Source: Raillietiella orientalis
Taxonomy: Eukaryota
Direction of reading: 5' to 3'
NCBI GenBank assembly: GCA_036172245.1
Contig: JAYWIR010000133.1
Coordinates: 1-64,000 of the forward strand
DNA: 64,000 bases
Shown: positions 11,741 through 23,560 of the stretch, piece by piece
Numbering within the stretch: the first letter of the stretch is position 1
How the letters are laid out: each line of letters begins with the position of its first letter
Position numbers and translations under genes: made by a program
Notes under the pieces: model-generated
Seen by the model: only the letters and a program-made list of their open reading frames with translations
Databases searched by the model: none
What the model was told of the DNA's origin: nothing

Positions 11741-13910
11741 CTTTCGGAGATGCTATGTATCTCCTGCAGCAGCAACAGATCGAACGCGCGCAAAGCGTTG
11801 GCTACCGTCCGCCTTTTGTCAGCATCACGTGGCCCGTTGACATTCCAACAGGCCACGCTGACACGACGAGCGGACGCGAGTCCACGCATCACTGCTGCGG
11901 ACATGACGGCGTGCTCCTCGCCCCGTCCGGCGAGAAGTCAGCTGGTAGAAGAGCGGATTGGGAAGCGGAATCGCTCCCGTTCGCCGCCACATCGCGCCCA
12001 GCTGAGTCCTGGGAGCCGAGGATCATCGCCTCGGTCTCCGTGCAGGAGCCGGAACCGCCTCCGGCAACAGGCTCGTGCTTTCGCACTTTAGCCCGGCGCG
12101 CTGACGGCTTACCCCGGGAAGCGCGCTCCATTTGTTTGCACTCGGACTCCACCTCGGAGTCCGAGTGCCTGGCGCGAGACTGGCGTTTTGACAGTCCCTT
12201 TTTGTTTCGGCAGGTGGAGGCTTGCCCTGCCCGCGCGGGTGTCGTCGCAGTCGCCAACGCTGCTTCCAGAGCTTTGGCTTTAGTAGCCGCCCTCTCGCGC
12301 GAAGCGACGGAGACAGAGCACGCCGCCGTAGTGCGTACCTGGGTACGAACCTTCTTTGGAGTGCCTCTCTTCTGTCGCCCACCCACCTTTAGGATGGGGA
12401 ATATTGAAGGGTCAACCTTCTTCTTCCCCTTTGTGGGCGTCCCTGAGACGCGAGTCCAACCCGCGTCGGGGACGCAATCCTGGGAGGCCGACGCCTCCCT
12501 CAATTGTTTGGCCGGAGATGCCGGCTCACGTTTCGCGCTCGCGGCGGGAGACGGCTCCGTCCCCGTTACGCACTGCACCTGCTCCTTAGCCGATGCGGGC
12601 GAAACGGCGGTCATTGCCGTCGTCTTGCGAGGCGCTACTGCAGCCTTCGCTGCTCGTACCTTCGGCGTGGAAGACGCGATCTCCACCGCCGTAGGAGGAG
12701 ACTGCCGTTCAGAGGCAGCTCCGAGGGTACCCGCGCACGGTTTCCCGTGTGCTCCGCTGGACGCGCAAGCGGGCGCGGACGGTTCAGCAGCTTTGATTGA
12801 GTGCGTGCCCGCACTCTTTGGTTGCTTCGAAGGAAGCCATTTGCACCCAGGGCGACGTGGCATCTTTCCCGTCTACGCGGTTGTCTGGGATGGTGGCTTT
12901 CCTGAAGCAACCGCGCCCTTTTTCGCGGGACCGCCACTCGAAGATGCCCCGCTCTTCGCGCCCGATTTCTCCCGTGGCACAACGGGGGATCTTTTCGGCG
13001 CGGACGGGGTTGATTGTTGGCGGGTTTTCGCCTGCCGCTTTCTCTTCAGCTCGGCGCACTCTTTGATGGAGTGGCCGAGCTGTTTACAATAGCGGCAGTT
13101 GCGTGAAGAGCACGTCCACGGACGGTGGCCCTCGGCACCGCAAATGCCGCAAGCCGGTCGCTGACCGGCAAATTTAAGGTGAACGATCGCATCGCCCACC
13201 TGCAAGTGCGAAGGCATTTGCCTCCTATCCGCCATGGTGACACGCGCCATTGCAAGTCCGCTGTGGAGAGATGCAATCCTTTTGATCGGATTTTCTGCTC
13301 TCCACAGCGCGTGCACCGTGGCGAATGCACTAAGTGCAGCGACGAGCACGCGATGGGGTGTGTCCACCTGGACGGCGGATAATCGGACCACGAACGACTG
13401 GTCCATGGCCGACGGGACGACCTCCTTCCCGCGGATATTTAGCGGGGTGCGGAGAAGGCGCTGGACTAGGGATGCATCTTTGCAGTGCACCTCCCAGTGT
13501 CCGAGCGCGTTAACCGGCATGACGGCCAGGAGGTCATCCTGTCGGACCCCGACGAGCAAAAGCTCGTCCCACAAATTTTCTCCGACCCCGTCGGAGATCG
13601 CAGCACTCACCGGATAGCAGAGCGCAGGCTTGTAGCCATGGGCTGCATATGCCTGCAGCTCCGCTTCGTCGGGCGGTGCTCCGTTGGCTGCCGCCGCCTT
13701 GACGACGGCGGAGAAGCTTCTCGCTGGTGGCGAGACACAAGAATCAGAGGCGGACCGGACATCTGGAGTAGAGTCTCCACTGCCAGTAGCAGCCTCCACA
13801 TTCATCTTTTGCTGCAGGGCTCCGTGGACATCCCAGTAAACGCACTTGGGCACACCATACACAAGAAGACGGAGAGGAATCACGCTCGAGGAGCAACACA
13901 GAACACGTCC
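11741..13910 (-). mobile_element. Family Z 5' half: 5' UTR, ORF1 (13805-11889, one frameshift near 12870) and start of the ORF2 APE domain
   Basis: GGACGTGTT at 13910-13902, knuckles CGICGAEGHRPWTC and CRYCKQLGHSIKEC, ORF2 MRGLASARRVSVACWNVNG...LLQEIH. Confidence 0.9.
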
Positions 13911-14122
13911 GTGCACCCTTGTCGTCGAGCCTATTCCCGAACGCTGCGAAAAAGAACTCGCCGCTACCGACGACCTCCCCTTTGTTGACTCTGTCAACTG
14001 CAAGGGGAGAAAACCGGCGGCGGCGTCCGTCATCGACACCACCATCGATGACGTAGCCTTCGCGCGACCCGCGGAGGAGCTGGCTGCATCGTTGCAGCCA
14101 GAACACTCCACGGCCAGTTCGA
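13911..14122 (+). mobile_element. Remnant of family P ORF1 (downstream part), lying between the 5' ends of Z and M2
   Basis: CTLVVE...IDDVAFARPAEELAASLQP aligns with WSVVVE...IDDAAFERAAEELAASLQP at 747-540 (minus). Confidence 0.8.
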
Positions 14123-16142
14123 GGACGTGTTTTTCCTTCACTCTCCAAAGATTAGTAGGAAAGCGCTTTCTTGTGTGTGTTGTTTTGTGTAACTCGTCGG
14201 TGTCCAATGGCCACGACGCCAGAGGACACCGCGATGGAGGTGGGAGTGGGGGAGGCTAGTTCGCCCCCACAGCCTACTGGAGCAGGGGCAGCCGCCCCGG
14301 AATCATCCCCGGCCACGCCGAGGACATGGAGCCCCATGGTGGCCGCGCCCAGCGCGGAAGCCAAGGCGGAGATGGCCGCATACAAGGCCTCCGGGTACAA
14401 GCCATCGCTTGTCTACCAGGTAGCCAACTTGTTCGACGGCCGGACAGCGCGCGCCTTCAGCAAAGCGTTGAAGGACGCGAATGTTAATGAGAAGGAGCTG
14501 GACGGCCTCCATGTCCTCAGCGGCGGGCACCGGGTCGAGGTGGTCTGCAAAGATGTCACCTTGGCTCACCGCCTAATCCATGCGCCGCCGAACGTAGACG
14601 GCCGCAAGATCCTGCCAGTATCAATAAACCGCTCCGTGGTGGTCCACATGACTGGCATCACCAGCCGCATGACGCGGTCAGCGGTTGGTGAGGAATTACG
14701 GAAGTACGGTGAGGTGCACGCACTGTGGCTGAAACCCTCCATTTTCGACGGCTTCGATAGCCTTTTTGGTGGGCAGGCTGCAGCGCGGGTCACCGTAAGG
14801 GAGAATTGTGGGCTTCCCCACAAACTACAGGTGGCGCAAGAAAACGTCGACCTTTGGTATGTAGGAAAGCCCTAATATTGCGGGCATTGTGATAACGTGG
14901 GACACCTACGTAAAAGGTGTCCCAACATACAATGCCATTTGTGCGGGGAGCGGGGCCACGTTCGGCGCGTGTGCCCCAAACGCCCCACCCCGGTTCCCCC
15001 TGCCGCGACAAAAGCGCAAGGGAAACGCGCTTCAAAGGTCTCTAGACCTAAAGTAGAAAAGGGCCAGCACAAGCTGCCAACACCTCAACCTCCGGCGCGT
15101 AAGCCGGAGGAAAAACCTTCCGAAACGGTGGAAGGCGAAGAGGGATGGCAGCTTGTAGAGGCCAGAAAGCCAAGGAAACTCCCACCTGCGGAGAGCAAAG
15201 AGCGCAAGACGGCCGGTAAGCCGAAGAAACCCGGTCCGCGCTCGAAAACTCTGCGCGAGTGCACGGTGGCACTAAAACGCATCGTCGTTCCCGAGGTTGC
15301 CACCCGGAGCGACGATCGTTCCCTTGCCGTTTCCGCCGCGCCCGAGGCTCGCGACGGCGAACGCTCTGTTTACTAAGAGGGTGAGCCGCGCGACACGCCG
15401 CTCGAAGCCGCGGACGCCGCGTTCACACAGGCGGCGGAGGAGCTCACGGTCACGCTGGCCGAGCGTGAGAACCCTTCGCGCAAGGCCGTGCAAAGGCCGG
15501 CTGCTGCAAAGAAGGCCCCCACAGGTGAGTTATACCTGGGGGCCGAAAGTACATCCTCTTCCTCGGAGGCACCCACCAGGAAGTCGCGACGCAAGTCCCA
15601 GAAGCCCAGAAGGCGCCTCCCCTCCACCAGCGAGGAGGAGAAGGAAGCCGTCGGAAGCGTGGGAAGTTCGGAGGGGGAATTCCCACGCTCGGAAGCCGTC
15701 GATCCAGCCAACCCCATGGAGGAGGGTGAAAAGGGGGGTGGAGTCCCCCCTGCAAGCGCCGACCCTGAACAGCCCGCCCACATGGAGGAGGGCGAACAGG
15801 TAGGCGCGACAGCACCTGTGGGTGACCCGCTCGACACGCCGTTACCTATGGAGGAGGGGGACCAGGTGCCTTCAGCACCTGACCCTCCTACTCCACCTAG
15901 CGTCTCGCCCCAGCAGGTGGCGGACGCCGCATTGCCATCTTCCCAGGAGTAACACCTGGGCTCGCCAGTCGCCGTCGGATTCGCGCGGCCTGTTGGAATG
16001 TCAACGGGCTGCGCGACGATGGTAACAGGCGAGATACAGCCGACACCCTGCGGGAGTTCGACCTGGCGCTGTTGCAGGAGATCCACGTGATCATTGCGGC
16101 AGACGTTCAGGAGATCGAAACGATCGCTGGGGGTCAGCTGTT
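14123..16142 (+). mobile_element. Family M copy M2: 5' UTR, ORF1 (14207-15952, one stop and one frameshift) and start of the ORF2 APE domain
   Basis: GGACGTGTT at 14123, MATTPEDT, knuckles CGHCDNVGHLRKRC and CHLCGERGHVRRVC, then RIRAACWNVNGL...LLQEIH. Confidence 0.9.
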
Positions 16143-16500
16143 TGTCACCCGGGTGCGCCGGGGCGTTTATTACAAACTATCCGGTAACAGAGTTCCCGGA
16201 CAAAGGGGAAAACAAGATACGAAGAGGGTGGGATCCCCGACACGCAGGTCGGTATGCTGAAAGTCCGGAACGGGAGGGAGGGGACCACAAATACACTACT
16301 ATAAAAAATAAAAATAAAAATATGGAGGGCAGGAGACAGGGGTCGTTGGTGAGTGCGTTCCTTCCTTTCGAAATCGGCGATGGATGCCGGCGATCTCTCT
16401 CCTTACGTCCTGTGGAAGATGGGCCCACTCGGCAGCCGACGACATGCTTGCGCTGGCTAATCCGGTGGGCTGACGAACGATGGCCAGCTTCTCCCCCGAT
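16143..16500 (-). mobile_element. Element V: 3' UTR and terminus fragment
   Basis: Minus strand reads AATAAAcgccccggcgcacccgggtgacaa. The UTR is visibly homologous to 6061-6320. Confidence 0.75.
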
Positions 16501-18169
16501 GAGACGACGTGCCAAGACGATGAAGTTTCGCTCTGCCGTCAAAGAGAATTGAGATCACAAGGCGAGCGATGAAACTGCCTCTCAGTGCTCTGGAATGGAC
16601 TTTGATGTGAGCTAAAAGGCCAAACTGCAATGCTATTGTCAGCAACTATTTGGCAATCTACTATCTTGAGGACGCTGAAAGCAGCCTCAAGTGCTCTCGG
16701 TTGAATCCCACCATTCTTGTGGAGATTTCTTGTGTACGTGGGGGCACGTGAGCATTACAGCTTGGTCTAGTGATGAACACCACTTCAACCCGCTCGTTTG
16801 CAAATTTCCAACAAGTGACCGGAGGTACTGATGAAACATCACTTCAGACCGCATCGCTTTGCGGTTTCTGGAAGTGCATCCAGAGCACACGTGCAACGCT
16901 TTGTGGTGGGTTACTTCGGAAGATACGTGGTGCGCGACAGCATCTGTCAGCTACCAGTGGTATCACGTGCAGCAGCACGTGATACCACTGGGCGTGGAAG
17001 CAGAACCGATTCTTTTCTCGGTGCAACCATCCCGTGCTCAAGTTTATTAAAAACAAGATCGTAAGAAAGGGGGACCCGGGATAGAACGCGACTGTGGTCA
17101 TGAGATACGTGAAATGACACCAAGAACTTCATCTGCTCCCTGCTAGTCACCTTGACCATGCTGGTTATCACCTCATGTATTTGGAAAATCAATGCATAGG
17201 AGTGTCGCGTTAAGCTGTTGCTTGTGCTGAAGAGCAAGCTTGCGGCAAAGAAGACGCGAGACCAGTCAAGACCTTCTAGACATCTTCTCGCCGCACTGTT
17301 CACTTCGAGTTCCTCCCAGGCATTGGGCATGCGGTAAACGCAATCGAGCGCTCGAACTGCACAGCAGCTGCTTTTTTGAGGGTTTCTCCTATAAGGACTT
17401 GATTTTGATCAGTATGAATTGGAAACTGTGGATGGTGAACTTCGGCTGCCTTTGTTTGAGCGAGCGGTACGATAGGAGACTTCCATGCGACCACCTGCTG
17501 TCGTTCGGTGACTCCATAAAGTTGGTCAACAGAGCGTCGCCAGAAAGGATGCATTGGAGAAAATGCATCCATGCAGACAGCAAGTTCCTCTCGGACCTTT
17601 GTGAGAGATGCAGCAAGATGTGGGAGGAATGACAAAGTCCGAAAGCAGACTGTTTCGCCGAAAATTTCTTGACGACTTTATCGGAAATCAATAGAATGTG
17701 CTTGTTTCGTACCACCTTCTCATCGGATACATGCGGGCAAAGTGAAGATACCACCTTCTTTGTGTTTCTCCGGAATGCTTGAAGAGCACTTCGATGGACA
17801 GAAGCGTTCATTTCTGTTGGCACTTACGTTTTCGAATTCCATCGCTAGACGCGGAAATCACCCCCTTTCGGTTGGGCGGTTGCATGCCAAGCGCTCCATG
17901 CTACCCTCATTCAGCAGCGTAAAGAAAGCTTGGCGTGGACGACCTCCATCTGCTTCTCTAATTCAGAGGTCCGCAATCGAATCCAAATCTCCAACACGTT
18001 GCGCGCGTCCTTTTTGCGCATAGATGCGTCTTCCACAATCCAAATCATTTAAACTCGTGCAAGGGAAGAACACCAAGCTGGGAAGCTCCAGTTTGGAAGC
18101 ATCGAGTTCAGTCCATCCGGTCGTAAGGATGGTTCGTTTTCTTCTCGGCGCTCTGCGTGAGAAGATCCT

Positions 18170-21060
18170 TCAGCAAAGCATCTCCGCGCGCTTCTGCGAG
18201 AATTCCAATTACGGAAGCTCTCTGACTGGGACGCAATGAAGAGCTCAGTCCGAGAGTTCCCGACCTCTTCTTCCTGAACCATCGTCCTCCGTGTTTTTGC
18301 GAGGGACTGAGAAGTTTGTGGGCTTACTTACAGATCCATCTCTACTCCGGGAATGCCGACCTCCTTCGACTGGCGGCAGTAATTGCCAGGGCCGAAAGGC
18401 AGACTGAGCATTCCGGGTCGACCAGCTTATCGCACGCCCATGGCTGAGAATTCTCTGCCCCAGCTCTGGTAAATCGCATCTTGCGTGTTTTTTTACTCTT
18501 CACTTTACACGAGAGCAAGACCCGAGTGAGCCTTTGCTCGGCGATTGCTACCAGATGGCGCCTCAGCGTTGAAGGATAAGATTAGGAACCATCTCCAGAA
18601 GCCTTTCTCGATGGCGAAGATCATCTCCGCCATCGGAAAGCTGAAAAAACGAAAAACACCAAGGGAAGACAGGCTGTCCGCGGAGTTTTACCAGTGCATC
18701 GCGGCAATGCTGGTCACCCTGTTCTCAAACTAGGCATGCTGATCCGCGAACGAGGGGACGTTCCCGACTCGTGAATCTAGGCTAGAGTACGTCTCCTCCC
18801 GAAAAGGCGAGACTTACGCAACGTAGGCAACTGGCGGCCCATCACTCTTCCGAATGAGAACGCAAAGTTGCTTGCCAATTTGTGGAATGAGCGACTTGGA
18901 CGGGTGGCGGAATCCGTGGTCAGTCCGAAACACAATTACGCGGTTCGCACGAACTATGGTGCCAGTTGCGATCGCGCGAAGGTCACACAGGTCAAGAGGA
19001 TCCCGAATTTCTGTTTACCAAGGAGGGGAAGGCCAAGGAGGAGGAGCCCTTGCAGTTGCGGCCGATTTGCGTAAAGTATTTCTCTGCGTCGACCAGGAAC
19101 TTATTCTGGAACTCCTGGTACGCATGGGATTTCCGGCCGTCTTTCAGGCCTATGTGAGCTTTTGCTGACGCCACGCGCTCATAAGTATTTGTTTCAGCAG
19201 CCAACACGTGTGCTGCGCGCCGGATCGGCATACTATAAGGCAGGGTTGCAGGCTGAGCCGCCCGCACTCCAGCAACTCCACTGAGTTGGTGCAGAGAGCA
19301 TCCAGGGAGACTCTGGTAACTCTGGCGAGCTCGCGCCCCGAAATGCCTGCCGTTAAGCCCGTTCCGAAGAGCTTAAGCAGCTGCTCCCCGGGTGGACTCC
19401 GGCGTGGGCGCTCCAATGCTCTCTGTAGCTGCCACGGAGGTGGACGGCCCTCGAGGTGAACAGGGAGAAGTCTTCCATCGTAGCAGTCGGTGCGGCGTTG
19501 GCCGGAAAGACGGACTGGATACGCTCGAAGATCTTCACGGGCATGTTTCTGATGTAACTTGGCGCTCCGCTGGGGGAAATCTGCGGAACAGAAGACTCGT
19601 CCGACTGTCTTCGAAAGGTGGAGTTGGCGATTGATCCGTTCTGGATGGCACGTTTCACTTGCAGCAACGGGCCGCGAGGTGAACTACGATTGCAAACTCA
19701 TTCCATTGCCCATCATTTTTTGTTTCTCCACCCCCACTGTAATAAACATGCAAATCGAGAATCTCTTGAGGAAAGCCCTGTGGCGCACAGCGAGGAACGG
19801 TATCCGTTCCTCGCTGTGCGTTTTACCCAGGGACGGGGGATAAGGCCTCCTCACTGTGTATCACATGGAACGACAGAAATACATTTAAAAACTCGCACTT
19901 GCGGTGGAGTTGCGGACTTCGCCACGGTGCGAACCCGCAAGACCACTCGCGAGCGAAAGGCAGCGAAGGATTGCCTTCGATCGCCGGTGCATACGAAAGC
20001 AGCCTGGGCTATTGCGGCCATCAGCTGCACCACACGGCTGCTCTCATGAAAAACAACACGTCAATCTACTGCCCCCACGCGAACTGTACTGTCTGGCTTT
20101 AGGAGCAAGGATGCTCATGGGAAAAAATCGAAGGCTCGAGCGAGGTGGAATCCGCCTGCACCCGACAAGGAACCTCACACTGGATAGCCCCTGCAGTGGA
20201 TGGTAAACAACTCACGCAAATTGCCTTGGCCCTCCTTCATCCCCCAAGTTCCTCCAAAACGCTGCAGACAGAAACGAACGAGCATCGTGAAAAGTGTCCT
20301 GTCTCATTGGAGACAGAAAAAAACGAATGAAGGCGTGGAAAACTCGGCAGGTAATGGGCGCTACGACCACAAGTGTTGCGCCTAAAGAGCTCATCACCAG
20401 GGTCGACCTGCTCGCAACACAACCAGAGGAGGTGGAGTGACCCCGGCATATTGGAACAGCGGGACACTTACAATGCAGTGGCAACAGACGGCGTTTCTAT
20501 TCTTCCTGCATCGCGGAATGCTATGCAGAGCGCTCCTCCCCACAGGACTGTGGGGAGTTTGCTTGCAAGTTGTGCAGAGAGCGGTGAAAGGGAAACCTTC
20601 CCGCATTTCGTATTGCACTGCGTCGCCATCCGTAATCTTTCCTATCGACTCTTGTCGATTCTGAAACTTCCGGCAGGCGACCCTAAAACCAATAGACGGC
20701 ACCTCTGCTGATGTGATCCACTGACCCTGCCGCGTCTCTGGCAGTTTTATGCAGTGTTCGCGCTAAAGTGACACGGTAGAACGCCAAAAGAAGAAAGAAA
20801 AACAGCAGGGATGCCATGCACTGGACAACGATCTTTTTCGATAAGGTATCAAAATGACCCAACCGGAGAAATTCCAACGCAACACTTGTAGGCATCCTGA
20901 AGAGGATGGAGGGGTGCGAACAGGACGAACCGAGGTTCATTCTGATCCAGCTCTATCCCTATAAACAGCGCCTTCTCCCCGATTCCGATTTTCTTAAGTT
21001 AATCTTTGTTTTGTTTAACCCTACATTATGGGTGCTCGAGAGAACCCCACCGGTTTCAGA
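18170..21060 (+). mobile_element. Heavily decayed ORF2 of the same L1/Tx1-like lineage
   Basis: KRKTPREDRLSAEFYQ, GNWRPITL, ALAVAADLRKVFLCVDQELILELL, WQQTAFLFLH, CAESGERETFPHFVLHC, with many frameshifts. Confidence 0.8.
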
Positions 21061-22054
21061 AACGATTAACGGCAATTTATCCCCAAAGTGATAGCACTAA
21101 GAGTGCAACCACGAAAACCATATGACGACATTCTTGAGAAATCTTTCCGCCTTTTCAAATTCAGCAACAAAAGCTCCGCCAAATCCCAATGATCAACGTC
21201 GCCGTTGCCAGAGCAACCATTCTCCTACAGAAACCCAATTCCAATGTAAGAAACCAAAAATCAAACGAACAATCACGCGCAATTGAAAAGCAAAACAAAA
21301 AGAAAAACCATAGAAACCAAATATCGCACAATCAGATTATTTCTCATTAACGACAGACAAAATTCACAGCGTGGAATGGAAGTGTGCTGCAAAAAGAAGA
21401 CAAAAGTGCAGCGAACAAAAAGAGCTAAAGTCCGCACATAAAAGAAAACTGCCTTCGAGTTCAGGAAAACAAAATTTTTGCAAACACCACACGCAACTGC
21501 TGAACCCTATGCCCATCCCACGAGACATGCAGACGACAGCAGCCGCACGACAAGGTAAGCCATTGCGATGTGTTGGAACCGTCGTGTCACGGCTCGGACC
21601 AACCTGCAAGTCCACCTATCGAACAGCCCCGGCCACCGGCTACCGCACCCGCGGTTCTCCATGGGAGCAATCCATTCCCTACTAGGCGTTCGGTCATGGA
21701 CATCTCCCATGTTCACCCCATCTCCCCGCGTCCGCTTTGACGTTTGGGAATTTTGAGGTCGATTTCCCCAAACAACAGCATGCTTGCCCCTCGAATTCGT
21801 CGACGCAGCGTTGCCATCCCAGAGAAATCATTTTACACAATTTATGTCACTTTTCTTGTCCCGCGAATTCCAAAGTCCGATAAGTTGCTTCATTACCCTT
21901 TTCAACCGTAAATCTCGGATTCGAATATCCTTGAAAAGTAGGTCCCTGGGAATATGAGTCTGCCCACACCATGAATCTGAAACCAACAAATTTCCTCATT
22001 TTGTACGCAATTCAACGTGGTTGTGGAGGGAGGAACAGCAATGTTCATGTTCTT

Positions 22055-23560
22055 CATGCAACATCGTTACTCATAAAATTTCCAGGTGACGGAGAAAACC
22101 AAGCAAACAAAAAGAGGAAAAAAAAAAGGACACGAAAAAAAAAACGTCCATCCTCCAATGGAAGCAACACAGAAGGAGTGCATCCCTCCCTGCTGAGAGG
22201 AATAGGACAGCTTCAAGGTCGACCAGAAAGGCGGTGGCCTTCATTTGGAACGCTCGTGTCTGTCCTGCAACCAACCCTGTAACCACCCCGAAGACCAGTT
22301 TCCGCACACGCCGCTCTCAAGAAGCAATCTATCCCACACAAAACGTTCGGTAGAGAACATCCCTCATGTACTCTCCATGTCCCCGAATCCACGTTCAAGA
22401 AAGCAATGTTTCAAAGGTCGCTATCCTCAAAAAGTTGTACCCTTGCGCTAAGGGCTGCAACGGATATGATTTCCATGCAACTTCGTTACTCATAAAATTT
22501 CCAGGTCGCGGAAAAAGCCAAGCAAGAAGGAAGAGGAGAGAAAAAAAAAGGACACGAAAAAAAAAAACGTCCATCCTCCAATGGAAGCAGCACAGACAGA
22601 GTGCATCCCTCCCTGCTGAGAGGAAAAGGAAGGCATCCCGGTCGACCAGGTAGGCGGTTGCCCTCATTTGGAACGCTCGTGTCTGTCCTGCAACCATCCC
22701 TCTAACCATCCCGACCACCGGTTTCCGCACACGCCGCTCTCAAGGAGCAATCCAACCACCCACGAAACGTTCCGTAAAGAACATCCCTCATGCACTCTCC
22801 ATGTCTCCGTATCCACGTTGAAGAAAGCAATGATTCAACGGTCGCAATCCTCAAAAAGTTGTTCCCTTGCGCTAAGGGCTGCAACGGATATGCTTTCCAT
22901 GCAACTTTGTTACTCATGAAATTTCCAGGTAGCGGAGAAAGCCAAGCAAGAAGGAAGAGGAGACAAAAAAGAAGGGACACAAAAAAAAAAAACGTCCATC
23001 CTCCAATAGAAGTAGCACAGACAGAGTGCATCCCTCCTTGCTGACAGGCAAAATAAGGCTTCCCGGTGGACCAGGTAGGCGGTTGCCCTCATTTGGAACG
23101 CTCGTGTCTGTCCTGCAACCATCCCTGTAAGCACCCCGACCACCGGTTTCCGCAGACGCCGCTCTCAAGGAGCAATCCATCCACCCACGAAACGTTCGGT
23201 AGAGAACATCCCTTATGTGCTCTCCATGTCCCCGAATGCACGTTGAAGAAAGCAATGTTTCAACGGTCGCTATCCTGAAAGAGTTGTATTCTTGCGCTAA
23301 GAGCTGCAACGGGCATGTTTTCCATGCAGCTTCGGTGCTCATAAAATTTCCAGGTAGCGGATTAAGCCAAGCAAGAAGTCAGAGGAGACAAAAAAGAAGG
23401 GACACAAAGAAAAAAAACGTCCATCCTCCAATGGAGGCAGCAGATGCAGAGTGTATCCATCCCTGCTGAGAGCAAAAGGTCAGCTTCCCGTTCTCCGAGG
23501 TAGGCTTCTGCCTTGAGTTGGAATTTACGTGTCAATGCCCGGTCCATCCAGTTAATCCAT
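22055..23560. repeat. Tandem array, ~423 bp unit, ~3.5 copies
   Basis: catgcaac..gttactcataaaatttccagg recurs at 22055, 22474, 22898 and 23323 (periods 419, 424, 425). Confidence 0.92.

Noticed and set aside
11464..13092. 542-aa plus-strand ORF
   Set aside because: It is the antisense shadow of the GC-rich Z ORF1 and crosses the W/Z junction. It has no recognisable domain.
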